From Sphingobium sp. (GTDB lineage: Bacteria; Pseudomonadota; Alphaproteobacteria; Sphingomonadales; Sphingomonadaceae): a DNA stretch of 64,000 nucleotides. The notes below the pieces were generated by a model. It ran no database searches and was not told where the DNA came from. It saw only the letters and a program-made list of their open reading frames with translations. The DNA lies in assembly GCA_022652485.1 (NCBI GenBank), contig JALCRK010000003.1, forward strand, positions 35,798-99,797. The letters run 5' to 3'. Positions 53,501 to 62,984 of this stretch are shown piece after piece. Every line of letters starts with the position of its first letter. The stretch's first letter is position 1. A program made the position numbers and the translations under genes.

Positions 53501-55762
53501 ATGTCTGATCGCCCCACAATCGAATTTTCCGAGCGTGAAGCCCTTTTTTTCCACTCGACCGGCCGCCCCGGCAAGATCGAGATCATCGCCTCCAAGCCTA
53601 TGGCGACACAGCGCGATCTCTCGCTCGCCTACTCGCCGGGCGTCGCCGTGCCGGTCAAGGCCATCGCGGAAAACCCTGCCACCGCCTATGATTACACAGC
53701 CAAGGGCAATCTCGTCGCGGTCATTTCCAACGGCACCGCCATTCTCGGTCTCGGCAACCTGGGCGCGCTCGCGTCCAAGCCGGTGATGGAAGGCAAGGCG
53801 GTGCTGTTCAAGCGCTTCGCCGACGTGGACTCGATCGACATCGAGGTCGCGACCGAAGATCCGCAGGCGTTCATCGATGCGGTGGCGCTGCTTGAACCCA
53901 CCTTCGGCGGCATCAACCTTGAGGACATCAAGGCGCCGGAATGCTTCATCATCGAGCAGGCGCTGAAAGAGCGCATGAACATTCCGGTCATGCATGATGA
54001 CCAGCATGGCACCGCAATCATTTGCGCGGCGGGACTCATCAACGCGCTGCATATCACCGGAAGGGACATCAAGGACGTCAGCATCGTCGTCAACGGGGCT
54101 GGCGCCGCCGCCATCGCCTGCACAGAGCTGATTATCGCGATGGGCGCGGACAAATCCCGCATCCTGATGTGCGACCGCAATGGCGTGATCTATCAAGGCC
54201 GCACCGAGGGCATGGATCAGTGGAAATCCGCCCACGCCGCCAAGACGGAGCGGCGCACCCTGGAGGAGGCACTCAAGGGCGCGGACATTTTCATCGGCCT
54301 GTCGGCGGCGGGGGCGGTCCAGCCCCATATGGTCAAGGACATGGCGCCCAAGCCGATCATCTTCGCGATGGCAAATCCCGACCCGGAGATCACCCCGCCG
54401 GATGCCAAGGCCGCCCGCCCGGATGCGATCGTCGCCACGGGGCGTTCTGACTATCCCAACCAGGTGAACAACGTCCTCGGCTTCCCGTTCATCTTCCGGG
54501 GAGCGCTCGATGTGCGCGCAACCGCGATCAACGAGCACATGAAGATCGCCGCCGCCACCGCTATCGCCGATCTCGCGCGGCAGCAGGTTCCCGAGGAGGT
54601 CGCGCGCGCTTATGGCAAGCTCCACAGCTTTGGCCCTGACTATATCATCCCGGCACCGTTCGATCCGCGCCTGATGGAAGTCGTGTCCGCTGCCGTCGCG
54701 AAGGCGGCGATGGATAGCGGCGTGGCGCAAAAGCCAATCGAGGATATGGACGCCTATCGGCAGTCCCTCAAGGCGCGGCTCAACCCGACCACAGCCGTTC
54801 TCACCCTCGCTTATGAGGGCGCCAAGGCCAGCCCCAAGCGCGTGGTGTTCGCGGAAGCCGAGGAAGAAGTGGTACTGCGTGCCGCGATCCAGTTCCGCGA
54901 CGGCGGCTATGGTATTCCGGTGCTGGTCGGTCGGCAGGATGTCTATGACCGTCTGCGCGCGCTTGGCGTCGCCGATCCGCACAGCTTCGAGGTACATAAC
55001 AGCGTCAACTCGCCGCTGGTACCGAAGATGGTGGACATGCTCTACGCCCGCCTTCAGCGCCGGGGCTATCTGCGCCGCGACTGCGAGCGCATGGTGAACC
55101 GGGATCGCAATATCTTCGGCTCGCTGCTGCTCAAGATGGGCGAGGCGGACGCAATGATTACCGGCACGACGCGCACCTACAGCCAGACCATGCGTGAAGT
55201 TCGCCGCGTCATCGATCCGGTGCCGGGCCGCACCAATTTCGGCATCCATATCCTTGTCGGCCAAAGCCATACGGTGTTCATGGCCGATACCACCGTGCAC
55301 GAGCGCCCATCCGCGATCGAGCTGGCGGACATCGCCGAGGGAACTGCGGCCGTCGCCCGCCGCATGGGCCATGAGCCCCGCGTCGCCTTCCTGTCCTACT
55401 CCACCTTCGGCAACCCCTGGGGTAACTGGCTCGAAAATCTGCGCGAGGCGGTTGCGATACTGGACGAACGCGGTGTGGACTTCGAATATGAGGGCGAGAT
55501 GGCGCCTGACGTGGCGCTCAATCCCACGGTGATGAAGAACTACCCGTTCTGCCGCCTTTCCGGCCCCGCCAACTGCCTCATCATGCCGGGGCTGCAATCG
55601 GCCAATCTCTCCGCCAAGCTGCTGCGCGAGCTGGGAGGAGACAGCGTCATCGGCCCGATGCTGGTCGGCATGGAAAAGCCGGTGCAAGTCGCCACGATGG
55701 CCTCCAATGCCAGCGAACTGCTCACCCTCGCCGTGCTCGCGGCGGGCGGGATCGCGGGATAA
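53501..55762 (+). CDS. maeB: NADP-dependent malic enzyme (malic enzyme + phosphotransacetylase-like domain)
   Basis: [38 protein letters not shown], plus a C-terminal PTA-like domain. Confidence 0.95.
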   Translation: MSDRPTIEFSEREALFFHSTGRPGKIEIIASKPMATQRDLSLAYSPGVAVPVKAIAENPATAYDYTAKGNLVAVISNGTAILGLGNLGALASKPVMEGKAVLFKRFADVDSIDIEVATEDPQAFIDAVALLEPTFGGINLEDIKAPECFIIEQALKERMNIPVMHDDQHGTAIICAAGLINALHITGRDIKDVSIVVNGAGAAAIACTELIIAMGADKSRILMCDRNGVIYQGRTEGMDQWKSAHAAKTERRTLEEALKGADIFIGLSAAGAVQPHMVKDMAPKPIIFAMANPDPEITPPDAKAARPDAIVATGRSDYPNQVNNVLGFPFIFRGALDVRATAINEHMKIAAATAIADLARQQVPEEVARAYGKLHSFGPDYIIPAPFDPRLMEVVSAAVAKAAMDSGVAQKPIEDMDAYRQSLKARLNPTTAVLTLAYEGAKASPKRVVFAEAEEEVVLRAAIQFRDGGYGIPVLVGRQDVYDRLRALGVADPHSFEVHNSVNSPLVPKMVDMLYARLQRRGYLRRDCERMVNRDRNIFGSLLLKMGEADAMITGTTRTYSQTMREVRRVIDPVPGRTNFGIHILVGQSHTVFMADTTVHERPSAIELADIAEGTAAVARRMGHEPRVAFLSYSTFGNPWGNWLENLREAVAILDERGVDFEYEGEMAPDVALNPTVMKNYPFCRLSGPANCLIMPGLQSANLSAKLLRELGGDSVIGPMLVGMEKPVQVATMASNASELLTLAVLAAGGIAG

Positions 55763-56443
55763 TCAGGCTTCGGGGGCTGGCGCGGCCTGCCCCTTGAACC
55801 CCTGCGCGATGACATACCATTCGCTGCTGCCCTTGCGGCTGGCGGGCGGCTTGGCGTGCTTCACGGTCCGGAAATTCTGCTTCAGCAAAATGAGAAGATC
55901 CTTGTCCGTTCCGCCCGCGAACACCTTGGCGACGAAGGCACCGCCGGGCTTGAGGTGCTCGACTGCGAACCAGGCTGCCGCCTCGACCAGCCCCATCGTG
56001 CGGAGGTGATCCGTCTGGGCATGGCCGACCGTATTCGCCGCCATGTCCGACAATACGAGGTCAGGCGCATCGCCCAGCGCGTCATTAAGCGCCGCGTCGG
56101 CCGCCTCGCTGAGAAAGTCCATCTGCAACAGCACAACGCCCTCTATCGGGTCCACCGGCAGCAGATCTATGCCCACGACCTTCGCCTGCGGGACGCGCTT
56201 GCGGACCACCTGCGCCCATCCGCCGGGCGCGACACCGAGATCGACCACCGCGCGCGCCCCCTTCAGCAAGCCGAACTTCTCGTCCAGCTCCATCAGCTTG
56301 AACGCGGCACGGCTGCGCCATCCTTGCGCCTTGGCCTGCTTGACATAAGGGTCGTTCAGCTGCCGTTGCAGCCAGCGGGTCGACTGAGCGGTGCGATTCT
56401 TCGCGGTCTTGACCCGGACCTTGCCGGCACCCGCGCCCCTCAC
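55763..56443 (-). CDS. rlmE: 23S rRNA (uridine2552-2'-O)-methyltransferase RlmE/FtsJ
   Basis: RWLQRQLNDPYV, YRSRAAFKL, VVDLGVAPGGWAQV, DLVLSDMA. A GTG at 56443 is proposed as the start (GTGA overlap with the ppx stop). The track ORF extends to 56551 without a better start. Confidence 0.88.
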   Translation of the reverse strand: MRGAGAGKVRVKTAKNRTAQSTRWLQRQLNDPYVKQAKAQGWRSRAAFKLMELDEKFGLLKGARAVVDLGVAPGGWAQVVRKRVPQAKVVGIDLLPVDPIEGVVLLQMDFLSEAADAALNDALGDAPDLVLSDMAANTVGHAQTDHLRTMGLVEAAAWFAVEHLKPGGAFVAKVFAGGTDKDLLILLKQNFRTVKHAKPPASRKGSSEWYVIAQGFKGQAAPAPEA

Positions 56444-57501
56444 AGACGCTGATCCATCAGACAGCGCAAAATGCCTTCGCGAATGCCCCTGTCGGCAATG
56501 CCGAGGCGTTCGGCGGGCCAGATATTCAGGATTTCTTCGAGAATGGCGCACCCCGCCACCACCAGATCCGCCCGCTCCGCACCGATGCTGGGCAGAGCCC
56601 GCCGCTCCTCCAGCGTCATCAGGGACAGGCGCTGCGAAATGGTCCGCATCGAGGAAGTCGGCACGATCAGCCCGTCGATCAGTTGCCGGTTATATTTGGG
56701 AAGATCGAGATGGACGCTCGCCAGCGTCGTGACCGTGCCGGATGTCCCTAGAAGGCGCGGCTGGTCCGCATTGGTGGGCAGACGTTCGGCGAAGGGAGCC
56801 ACGGCCTCAGCCACCCGCGCGCGCATCCGGGCATAGACCTCGGTGCGCGCCCTCTCATCGTCGCCGGGCGGTAATTCGCTTTCCGTGAGCGAGACGACGC
56901 CCCACGGCACGCTCAGCCAATCGATGATGCGCGGCGCGGCTCCGCTGCTATCCACCAGAACCAGCTCGGTCGAACCGCCGCCAATATCAAAAATCAGCGC
57001 AGGGCCGTCACCCGGCTCCAGCAGGGCGTGGCACCCCATCACGGCCAGGCGGGCTTCCTCCTGCGCCGAAATGATATCCAGCACGATGCCGGTTTCGCGC
57101 TTGACCCGCGCTATGAACTCTACGCCATTGGACGCGCGGCGGCAGGCCTCCGTCGCGACCGAGCGGGCCAGCGTCACCTGCCGCGTGCGCAGTTTTTCCG
57201 CGCAAACGCCCAGCGCGGCGATCGTCCGGTCCATCGCCGCCTCGGACAGCGCACCACTACCCGCCAACCCCTCACCCAGCCTGACGATACGCGAAAAGGC
57301 GTCGACAACCACAAATCCGTCTGCGGAGGGCTTGGCGATCAGGAGGCGGCAGTTGTTTGTACCGAGGTCTATGGCCGCATAGCTGCCGCGCCCGGACCAG
57401 GGCGCGGGCTTGCGCGGAGCCGTTTCCTTGAAACTGCCATTGCCCCGTTTTTTCGAGGGGCGGACGGCACCTGCCGTCTCTTGGCGAGGCTGTTGCGCCA
57501 T
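56440..57501 (-). CDS. ppx: Ppx/GppA-family exopolyphosphatase
   Basis: AAIDLGTNNCRLLI, RLGEGL, ATEACRRASNG, FDIGGGSTEL. Confidence 0.88.
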   Translation of the reverse strand: MAQQPRQETAGAVRPSKKRGNGSFKETAPRKPAPWSGRGSYAAIDLGTNNCRLLIAKPSADGFVVVDAFSRIVRLGEGLAGSGALSEAAMDRTIAALGVCAEKLRTRQVTLARSVATEACRRASNGVEFIARVKRETGIVLDIISAQEEARLAVMGCHALLEPGDGPALIFDIGGGSTELVLVDSSGAAPRIIDWLSVPWGVVSLTESELPPGDDERARTEVYARMRARVAEAVAPFAERLPTNADQPRLLGTSGTVTTLASVHLDLPKYNRQLIDGLIVPTSSMRTISQRLSLMTLEERRALPSIGAERADLVVAGCAILEEILNIWPAERLGIADRGIREGILRCLMDQRL

Positions 57502-57685
57502 TGCTTCACAATACTCTTATGCCCGCCGCGCGGTCTGCGCGGCACTTGAAACGGACACTAGGCATTCTTTGCCGGGCGCGCAACCATGCCCGAGGACGTA
57601 GAGGCCAAATACTCCCGGGCGGCACCCGCGTCTGCGCATAGCTTCGGCGCATATCGGGGAATTTCGCTTCGCCGTTTCGCGTGCC

Positions 57686-57714
57686 TTGACAGGGCGAAGG
57701 ACCGCGCCTAGATC
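57686..57714 (+). promoter_or_regulatory. candidate sigma70 promoter of tRNA-Gln (TTGACA-N17-TAGATC)
   Basis: TTGACA at 57686-57691, a 17-nt spacer, TAGATC at 57709-57714, 12 nt before the tRNA 5' end. Confidence 0.5.
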
Positions 57715-57725
57715 GACGCCTCCGT

Positions 57726-57799
57726 TGCCCCGTCGTCTAAAGGTAAGACTACGGACTCTGACTCCGTCAATCGAGGTTCGAATCCTCGCGGGGCATCCA
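57726..57799 (+). tRNA. tRNA-Gln (anticodon CUG), CCA encoded
   Basis: Hand-folded cloverleaf. Acceptor UGCCCCG/CGGGGCA, D stem GUCU/AGAC, anticodon stem ACGGA/UCCGU with loop CU-CUG-AC, T arm CGAGG-UUCGAAU-CCUCG, 3' U-CCA. Confidence 0.9.
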
Positions 57800-57822
57800 T
57801 CTCTTCTTTGGGAAAATCGACT

Positions 57823-58374
57823 TCAGTCGATGGTCATGCGGCCATTGCCGAGCGTGATCGTGCCCAGTTCCGCGAGCGCGTTCTGACCGAGCAGCGAGAC
57901 CGGCAGGCCGTTGTCGATCACCGCCACCTTGATATTGCTCAGCTTGCGACCGGCGATATCCATCTGCTCGATGGTGGCCGAGCGCGCCTCGGTCATGCCA
58001 CCCGCCGTACGCAGCCTGGAGCCGGAACCAGCAGGGGTTTCCATGCGGACGCCAAGACGGCGCGCATCCGCGCCGGTCAACACCGTCACGCTCGCGCCCG
58101 TATCGATCAGGAAGCGGGTGCGGCTGCCGTCCGCAAAACGCGCATCGAGATAATAAAGGCCGTCGGGAGCGGGCAGGATTTGGTTGCCACTATCGACCGC
58201 GCCGGTTGCGGGCACCTGCCGCTGCTCGACATAGGAAGCCATCACGGTAGCTGACGAGGAGGCGCGCGCCGGCTCGGCGGGCCTGACCGGCTGGGGCATC
58301 GAAATGCCCAGCGCGAAAGCCGCCAACGACGCGCACGCGCCGGTCATCATCATTTTGCTAAATATACCTGCCAT
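57823..58374 (-). CDS. retropepsin-like (clan AA, TIGR02281-type) aspartic protease, membrane-anchored
   Basis: N-terminal TM/signal segment. FLIDTGASVTVL catalytic DTG motif. ATG at 58374. Confidence 0.75.
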   Translation of the reverse strand: MAGIFSKMMMTGACASLAAFALGISMPQPVRPAEPARASSSATVMASYVEQRQVPATGAVDSGNQILPAPDGLYYLDARFADGSRTRFLIDTGASVTVLTGADARRLGVRMETPAGSGSRLRTAGGMTEARSATIEQMDIAGRKLSNIKVAVIDNGLPVSLLGQNALAELGTITLGNGRMTID

Positions 58375-58441
58375 GAAAAGGCAGATGCCATCCCGACCGA
58401 CAATAGGCGGTTGCAAAACAGACTGAAGACGCGGTTAACCG

Positions 58442-59356
58442 TCAATTTGACGCAGAGGTGCCTTTTGCGTTCAAGGCGGCAATGCGCCGCTCTATCCTCT
58501 TGCCGCGCAGCCCTTCGCGCCAGGCGCTGAGCGCCAGCAGCGCCGCGACGATCGCCATCTGCCCGGCCAGCATATGATAGCGCCAGCGCAGCGTGTCCCC
58601 GTCCCGGTAGAGCAGATAGGGTCGTTCCGCGACGGGATAGCGGATATTGCGGTAAAGCCGCTCCACATCGCCCGGAAGCGCCCCCCTCGCCAGCACGCCA
58701 CTGCGCACGGGAAGGAAATGACGCGGCAGGTCCGCCCGTTCCTCGACCTGCACGAAAAAGCGCGCGGGAAGCGCCTCTCCGCGCAGACGATAGCGCACGG
58801 GAGCGAAATAGAGCCGCCGGTGAAACAGGAGCGCCCTGTCATCGAACCGCACCAGCGCCTCCATATCCACCGGGCCGACCACCGTGGCGCTGCCTTCGGG
58901 CACGGAGGGGCTTTGCGCGTTGCGGATATCCACCAGATGCACCGGCATCCCCTCGCGCGGGAGCCAGAGGGACAGCACATAGACGAGCAGCGCCCCGGCG
59001 GTGCTCAGAAGCGCCAGAAAGCCGCAGACCCGCCGCAGGCGCCGTGATGCGCTGAGCATGATGCCCACCGGATCGCCCGTCTCCTCATTCTTCGCGCGCC
59101 AGCGCCGCCAGAGGATGAACAGCATCGCCAGAAGAGGGACGCTGAAAAACAGGCTGAGGAGAGCAATGGTGATGCCGGGATAATAATGATCCAGCACGCG
59201 GTATTGCCACTCGGCCAATAATTCGACGAAGCCGTGATATTGCGTGGCCTGCCACACGAACATGCCACCCAGCAGAGCGAGCCACAGCGCCGTCACCACG
59301 CCCGCGGTCCTCTTCTGGCGGTTCAGTTCGTTCCGCAGTGCATCCGAGTCGTCCAT
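58442..59356 (-). CDS. hypothetical integral membrane protein
   Basis: 4 hydrophobic spans in a 304-aa ORF with coding-like composition. No recognisable family. Confidence 0.55.
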   Translation of the reverse strand: MDDSDALRNELNRQKRTAGVVTALWLALLGGMFVWQATQYHGFVELLAEWQYRVLDHYYPGITIALLSLFFSVPLLAMLFILWRRWRAKNEETGDPVGIMLSASRRLRRVCGFLALLSTAGALLVYVLSLWLPREGMPVHLVDIRNAQSPSVPEGSATVVGPVDMEALVRFDDRALLFHRRLYFAPVRYRLRGEALPARFFVQVEERADLPRHFLPVRSGVLARGALPGDVERLYRNIRYPVAERPYLLYRDGDTLRWRYHMLAGQMAIVAALLALSAWREGLRGKRIERRIAALNAKGTSASN

Positions 59357-59584
59357 TCCATGCCCCCACCCGACCACAGCAGCGCTGTTTGGTTGACTAT
59401 GTCGTTGGTAACTACATGGTGCAAATGGACTGCCTCTGGCAACGGGAATCCCGGCGATGACCGCGAGGGAACGCCCGCTTTTTCGAGGGCTTGCAAGAAA
59501 ATAACCTATTTGGAATATTTCCCTGTCCTACAGATATGATAAATGGTTATCAGCGCCACAGAGCAACCTTTCCAAGGAGCAGAC

Positions 59585-59854
59585 ATGGCGACCGACAATT
59601 TCCAGACCCTCAGCGACATTCCCGGCGCCCCTTCCCGCGCGCCGTTCGCCGTCACCCCCAGCGACAGCGTGGAGCTGAGCATCATTCCCAAGGCGCTCTA
59701 TGTCGGCACCGGCGGCACGGTAATCCTGCGCGGCGTCGGCGGCGCGGCGGACGTGACGTTCAAGAATGTCGCCAATGGCCAGGTGCTCGACGTGCGCGCG
59801 CAATTTGTCCGCGCAACCGGCACCACCGCCGCAGACATCGTGGCGCTCGCCTGA
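59585..59854 (+). CDS. small spike-base-like protein (resembles the RcGTA rcc01079 head-spike base family)
   Basis: 89 aa. ..VTPSDSVELSIIPKALYVGTGGTVILRGVGG..VTFKNVANGQVLDVRAQFVRATGTTAADIVALA matches my memory of the family pattern (PSD..L...ALYVG.GG......F.NV..G..L.V....V.ATGTTA..IVAL). AAGGAG RBS. TGATG overlap with the next gene. Confidence 0.65.
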   Translation: MATDNFQTLSDIPGAPSRAPFAVTPSDSVELSIIPKALYVGTGGTVILRGVGGAADVTFKNVANGQVLDVRAQFVRATGTTAADIVALA

Positions 59855-61989
59855 TGAGCATGTTCGGCTTTACGACCCGGCGCGCGGCCATGCGCCGGCG
59901 CGGCGGGGCCGGTTCCGGCCCCGTTGCCGGAACCTCGCCCACGGCCTTTGCCGTCGCCCCCACGGTGCAATATCACCCCAATAGCCAGACCGCGACACTC
60001 AATGGCTCCAATCTCGTGCTGGACTGCGCGGACCTGAAAGGCCTCGCGCCGCTGCTCGGCCTTGCCGCCATTCCCAACAACAGGATACGCAATCCCAACA
60101 TGGCGGGCGCTGTGATCGGTACGCCGGGAATAGTGCCGAACAACTGGGCCTACGCGACCAACACCACCGGACTGACTTCAACCGTGGTGGGCACGGGTGT
60201 CGAAAACGGCATTCCGTATCTTGATCTACGCGTGTTCGGCACTCCCGGATCGAGCGGCGTGGTCTCGGTCTATTTCGACACCCCGACAGGCATCGCCGCC
60301 GCCACAGCGCAGACATGGGCTGCGGCTGTGTACGCCCGGATATCGGCGGGAAGCGCCACCAATATTTCAAGCCAGATCCTCGCGATCGACGAAATCACCT
60401 CGGGAGGCGCCTACGTAACTGGCGGCAGCAGCTCCATTTCTCTTACCGGATCGCTGACGGCTTTTTCCTTCGCCAGAACGCTGAATGGAGGCGCCACCGT
60501 GGCCTTCATCCGCCCCTTTGTCCGCTTCAGCGTGACATCCGGCCTCGCCATCGACATCACGCTGCGCTTAGGGTTGCCCGATCTGGAGCAGGCGGCAAGC
60601 GCCACGACGCCCACCGTGGTCGGCCCGGTGCAGATGACCGACGCGCGGGGGCGCAAGTTCTGGCGCTTCTCGCCGGGGCAATATCTGCTGGTTTCCAATG
60701 CGCTCGCCAGCATCAATCACCGCCAGTCGATGCTGTTCGCGGTGTGGCGCGCGCACAAGGTGACGAAGGGCGAGGACGTACCGCTCTTCTCCACCCGCTA
60801 CTCCGCCTATACCGACGATACGACCAACACCAACCGCACTAACGGCTATCTGCTGCGATGGTTTTCCGCGACCGGCGCGACCCAGGCGGTCGGGCGGCTC
60901 CACAGCGGCACGGTCGATGTGTTCAGCACGGCGAGCAATCCCGGCAAGTTCATTCCGGGCGCGCAGTTGCACGTCGTCGGCTTCGCCTCGCGCGCGGGTG
61001 CATCCGCCGGAACGGACGTGGGCGGGCGGTTCTATATCAACAATGACGCCGCCCCCACCGCGCAGACATCGCTCACCGGCACGGCCGACATCGGCGCGCT
61101 GATCGGCGCGAAGGGCGCGGCATCGAACGGCGGCACCGCCACCTATACCGGCTTCGATCTCTATGAGCTGGCGTTCTGGAAAGGCACCTTTACCGATGCC
61201 CAGGCGGACGCGGCGGCAGCTGCGATGGTTTCCAACTGGGGCATCCCCACGATCGACAGCCAGCTCATCCTGCTGGGCGACAGCATTACCGAATGCATCG
61301 ACACGGCGACCACTACCGTGGTGCCGGGCGACAATGTCGCCACAACGCTGACCGCGCCCGGAGCGGAGCTGGTGCCGACCAATGTCCGGGTCATTAACGC
61401 GGCGGTCGGCGGATCGGGCATCGCGTCCGCCTTCACCGGCGTTTCGCTCACCGCGCAGCGCGACGATGCGGCGGGGCCGCTGATCTACACCTATCCCGGC
61501 GGGCCATCGAAAAACATCCTTACCTGCAATATCGGCATCAACGACATGCGCAGCTCCAACGGCAATCTGGCGGCCGCCGCGCATTACGCCAATTTCACCG
61601 CGCTGCTGAACACGGCAACCACCGGCTATCTGCAACGCGGGTTCAAGGTGGTCGCCGTCACGCCGACCGCGATCAACGGCGACGCAACAGGACAGAGCCG
61701 CATCGTGTCGTTCCGCGCGATGCTCGCCGATCCGAATAGCGACGCGGTGGTCGGCCAGTTCCTGACCGATGTGCAGGCGAACACGGGCCAGAGCTTTGAC
61801 GGGCTGGTGAGCGTGTTGCCGATCTGCAAGATCCAGTACGCATCGAGCGGCACGATCTTCCTCGACGCGACCGACGCCGCCGACACCACTTATTATGCGG
61901 GGGACGGCACCCACCACCAGCAGCTTGGCTATCTATTGCAGGCGACCGGCGGCGCAACTCCGCAATATGGCTATGGAGCAGTGCTTTAA
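59854..61989 (+). CDS. fibre/spike-like protein with a C-terminal SGNH/GDSL esterase domain
   Basis: 711 aa, Gly/Thr/Ala/Ser-rich. SGNH blocks LILLGDSITE (I), CNIGINDM (III), GDGTHHQQ (V). Translationally coupled to the spike-base-like gene. Confidence 0.75.
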   Translation: MSMFGFTTRRAAMRRRGGAGSGPVAGTSPTAFAVAPTVQYHPNSQTATLNGSNLVLDCADLKGLAPLLGLAAIPNNRIRNPNMAGAVIGTPGIVPNNWAYATNTTGLTSTVVGTGVENGIPYLDLRVFGTPGSSGVVSVYFDTPTGIAAATAQTWAAAVYARISAGSATNISSQILAIDEITSGGAYVTGGSSSISLTGSLTAFSFARTLNGGATVAFIRPFVRFSVTSGLAIDITLRLGLPDLEQAASATTPTVVGPVQMTDARGRKFWRFSPGQYLLVSNALASINHRQSMLFAVWRAHKVTKGEDVPLFSTRYSAYTDDTTNTNRTNGYLLRWFSATGATQAVGRLHSGTVDVFSTASNPGKFIPGAQLHVVGFASRAGASAGTDVGGRFYINNDAAPTAQTSLTGTADIGALIGAKGAASNGGTATYTGFDLYELAFWKGTFTDAQADAAAAAMVSNWGIPTIDSQLILLGDSITECIDTATTTVVPGDNVATTLTAPGAELVPTNVRVINAAVGGSGIASAFTGVSLTAQRDDAAGPLIYTYPGGPSKNILTCNIGINDMRSSNGNLAAAAHYANFTALLNTATTGYLQRGFKVVAVTPTAINGDATGQSRIVSFRAMLADPNSDAVVGQFLTDVQANTGQSFDGLVSVLPICKIQYASSGTIFLDATDAADTTYYAGDGTHHQQLGYLLQATGGATPQYGYGAVL

Positions 61990-62095
61990 TATTTTTCCGA
62001 ACACCCAATACTTGCGCCGCGTTGCGCGTTTCGCACTGCAATACGAGAACATATAGTCAATTACAGGACATTTAGGGTCAATCAAAACCTCCGAT

Positions 62096-62128
62096 ATGGA
62101 TTTATGTTGCAGTACAGCATAAATCCAT
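62096..62128. repeat. 11-bp perfect AT-rich stem-loop ATGGATTTATG-N11-CATAAATCCAT
   Basis: Read directly, inside a ~260-bp AT-rich spacer downstream of the fibre gene. Confidence 0.7.
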
Positions 62129-62365
62129 TTGCATTGCTTAAAATTTGTTAATCACCTGTATTTACTCTATGTTCAAGCTATGCCATTAGGAAAATCTTCC
62201 ATTGGACAGCGCGACGCGAAATCACGGCGCATATAATGGAGAAATGGTATGGGACTGCCGCAACCCCAGACGTTGCACGGTAGGGAAATAAGGGAGAAAA
62301 TCCCGTCCCCTTCTCCGTCAGAGCCAGCCCGGCCGATTGTATCGGTACAAGGTGAGGTCGCTGCC

Positions 62366-62527
62366 ATGCAAAGCCTGATTGCGTCACGTTTATCAAAACA
62401 GGAATCGACCGAGGAGCGGCGCGACGCCAGCTCCCTGCTCGAAACCGCCGTTTCCGGCCTGTCCCGGCTCAGCGGCTATGCCGCGATGGGCCTGGCGCTC
62501 GCGGCGATTGCGTTCCTGATTTTCTAG
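62366..62527 (+). CDS. possible small tail-anchored membrane protein (53 aa)
   Basis: ATG at 62366 with AAGGTGAGG upstream. C-terminal hydrophobic helix YAAMGLALAAIAFLIF. Its TAG stop lies inside the terminal CTAG of the repeat. Weak evidence overall. Confidence 0.3.
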   Translation: MQSLIASRLSKQESTEERRDASSLLETAVSGLSRLSGYAAMGLALAAIAFLIF

Positions 62528-62631
62528 AGCGCGCTGCGTTAAATCTGACGCAGGACGCGCGCTCTATATTTTTGTTGCCGCATCGTTTTTTTGCGCAAAG
62601 CCGGTTCCCACTTTTGCGCACGATGCTCTAG
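62524..62631 (+). repeat. MITE/RIME-like two-hairpin intergenic repeat, full copy 3
   Basis: Aligns end to end with 27807-27913, with a few substitutions and a 1-nt T-run difference. Same orientation. Confidence 0.85.
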
Positions 62632-62663
62632 GTCGATCGCCCCCAGGGCGGTCCAACCGGTTC

Positions 62664-62700
62664 AAAGGCTCCCCATGACATTGGGGAGCCTTTGTCGTTT
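62664..62700 (+). terminator. rho-independent terminator AAAGGCTCCCC-N8-GGGGAGCCTTT + GTCGTTTT
   Basis: Read directly. An 11-bp perfect stem followed by a T-rich tail. Confidence 0.65.
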
Positions 62701-62984
62701 TGGCGGCGCGGCAGGACTGAAAACACGGCCGCCCCTGCCCGAATCCCATTTTGAGGCACTTTTTCCGATACCAGGCGTTCTGTTCATCGCATATCTTATG
62801 CATCTGAAATTATGTTTGTTGTACAGTAGAGCCTGATGCATATTTACCCTTTCGTAACCACAAATGGCGGATATGCCGTTGGGCTTGCGCAATTGGGTTA
62901 AGAATGGCCGACGGCTGTCCGATCGGTCGGAACGGATAACAGGGAGCACACAGAGTGACGGACATACGTGCCGTAAGCGCTAAT

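Noticed and set aside
53486-55687. 733-aa ORF on the - strand
   Set aside because: It is antisense to maeB, whose product is clearly recognisable. The composition is shadow-ORF type.
60568-61917. 449-aa ORF on the - strand
   Set aside because: It is antisense to the fibre/SGNH gene. The plus-strand frame carries the SGNH blocks and is translationally coupled to the upstream gene.
62138-62151. CtrA box upstream of the polysaccharide / downstream of the spike genes
   Set aside because: The motif is TTAA-N6-TTAA, whereas CtrA sites are TTAA-N7-TTAA(C). I found no exact N7 site in 59378-59584 either.
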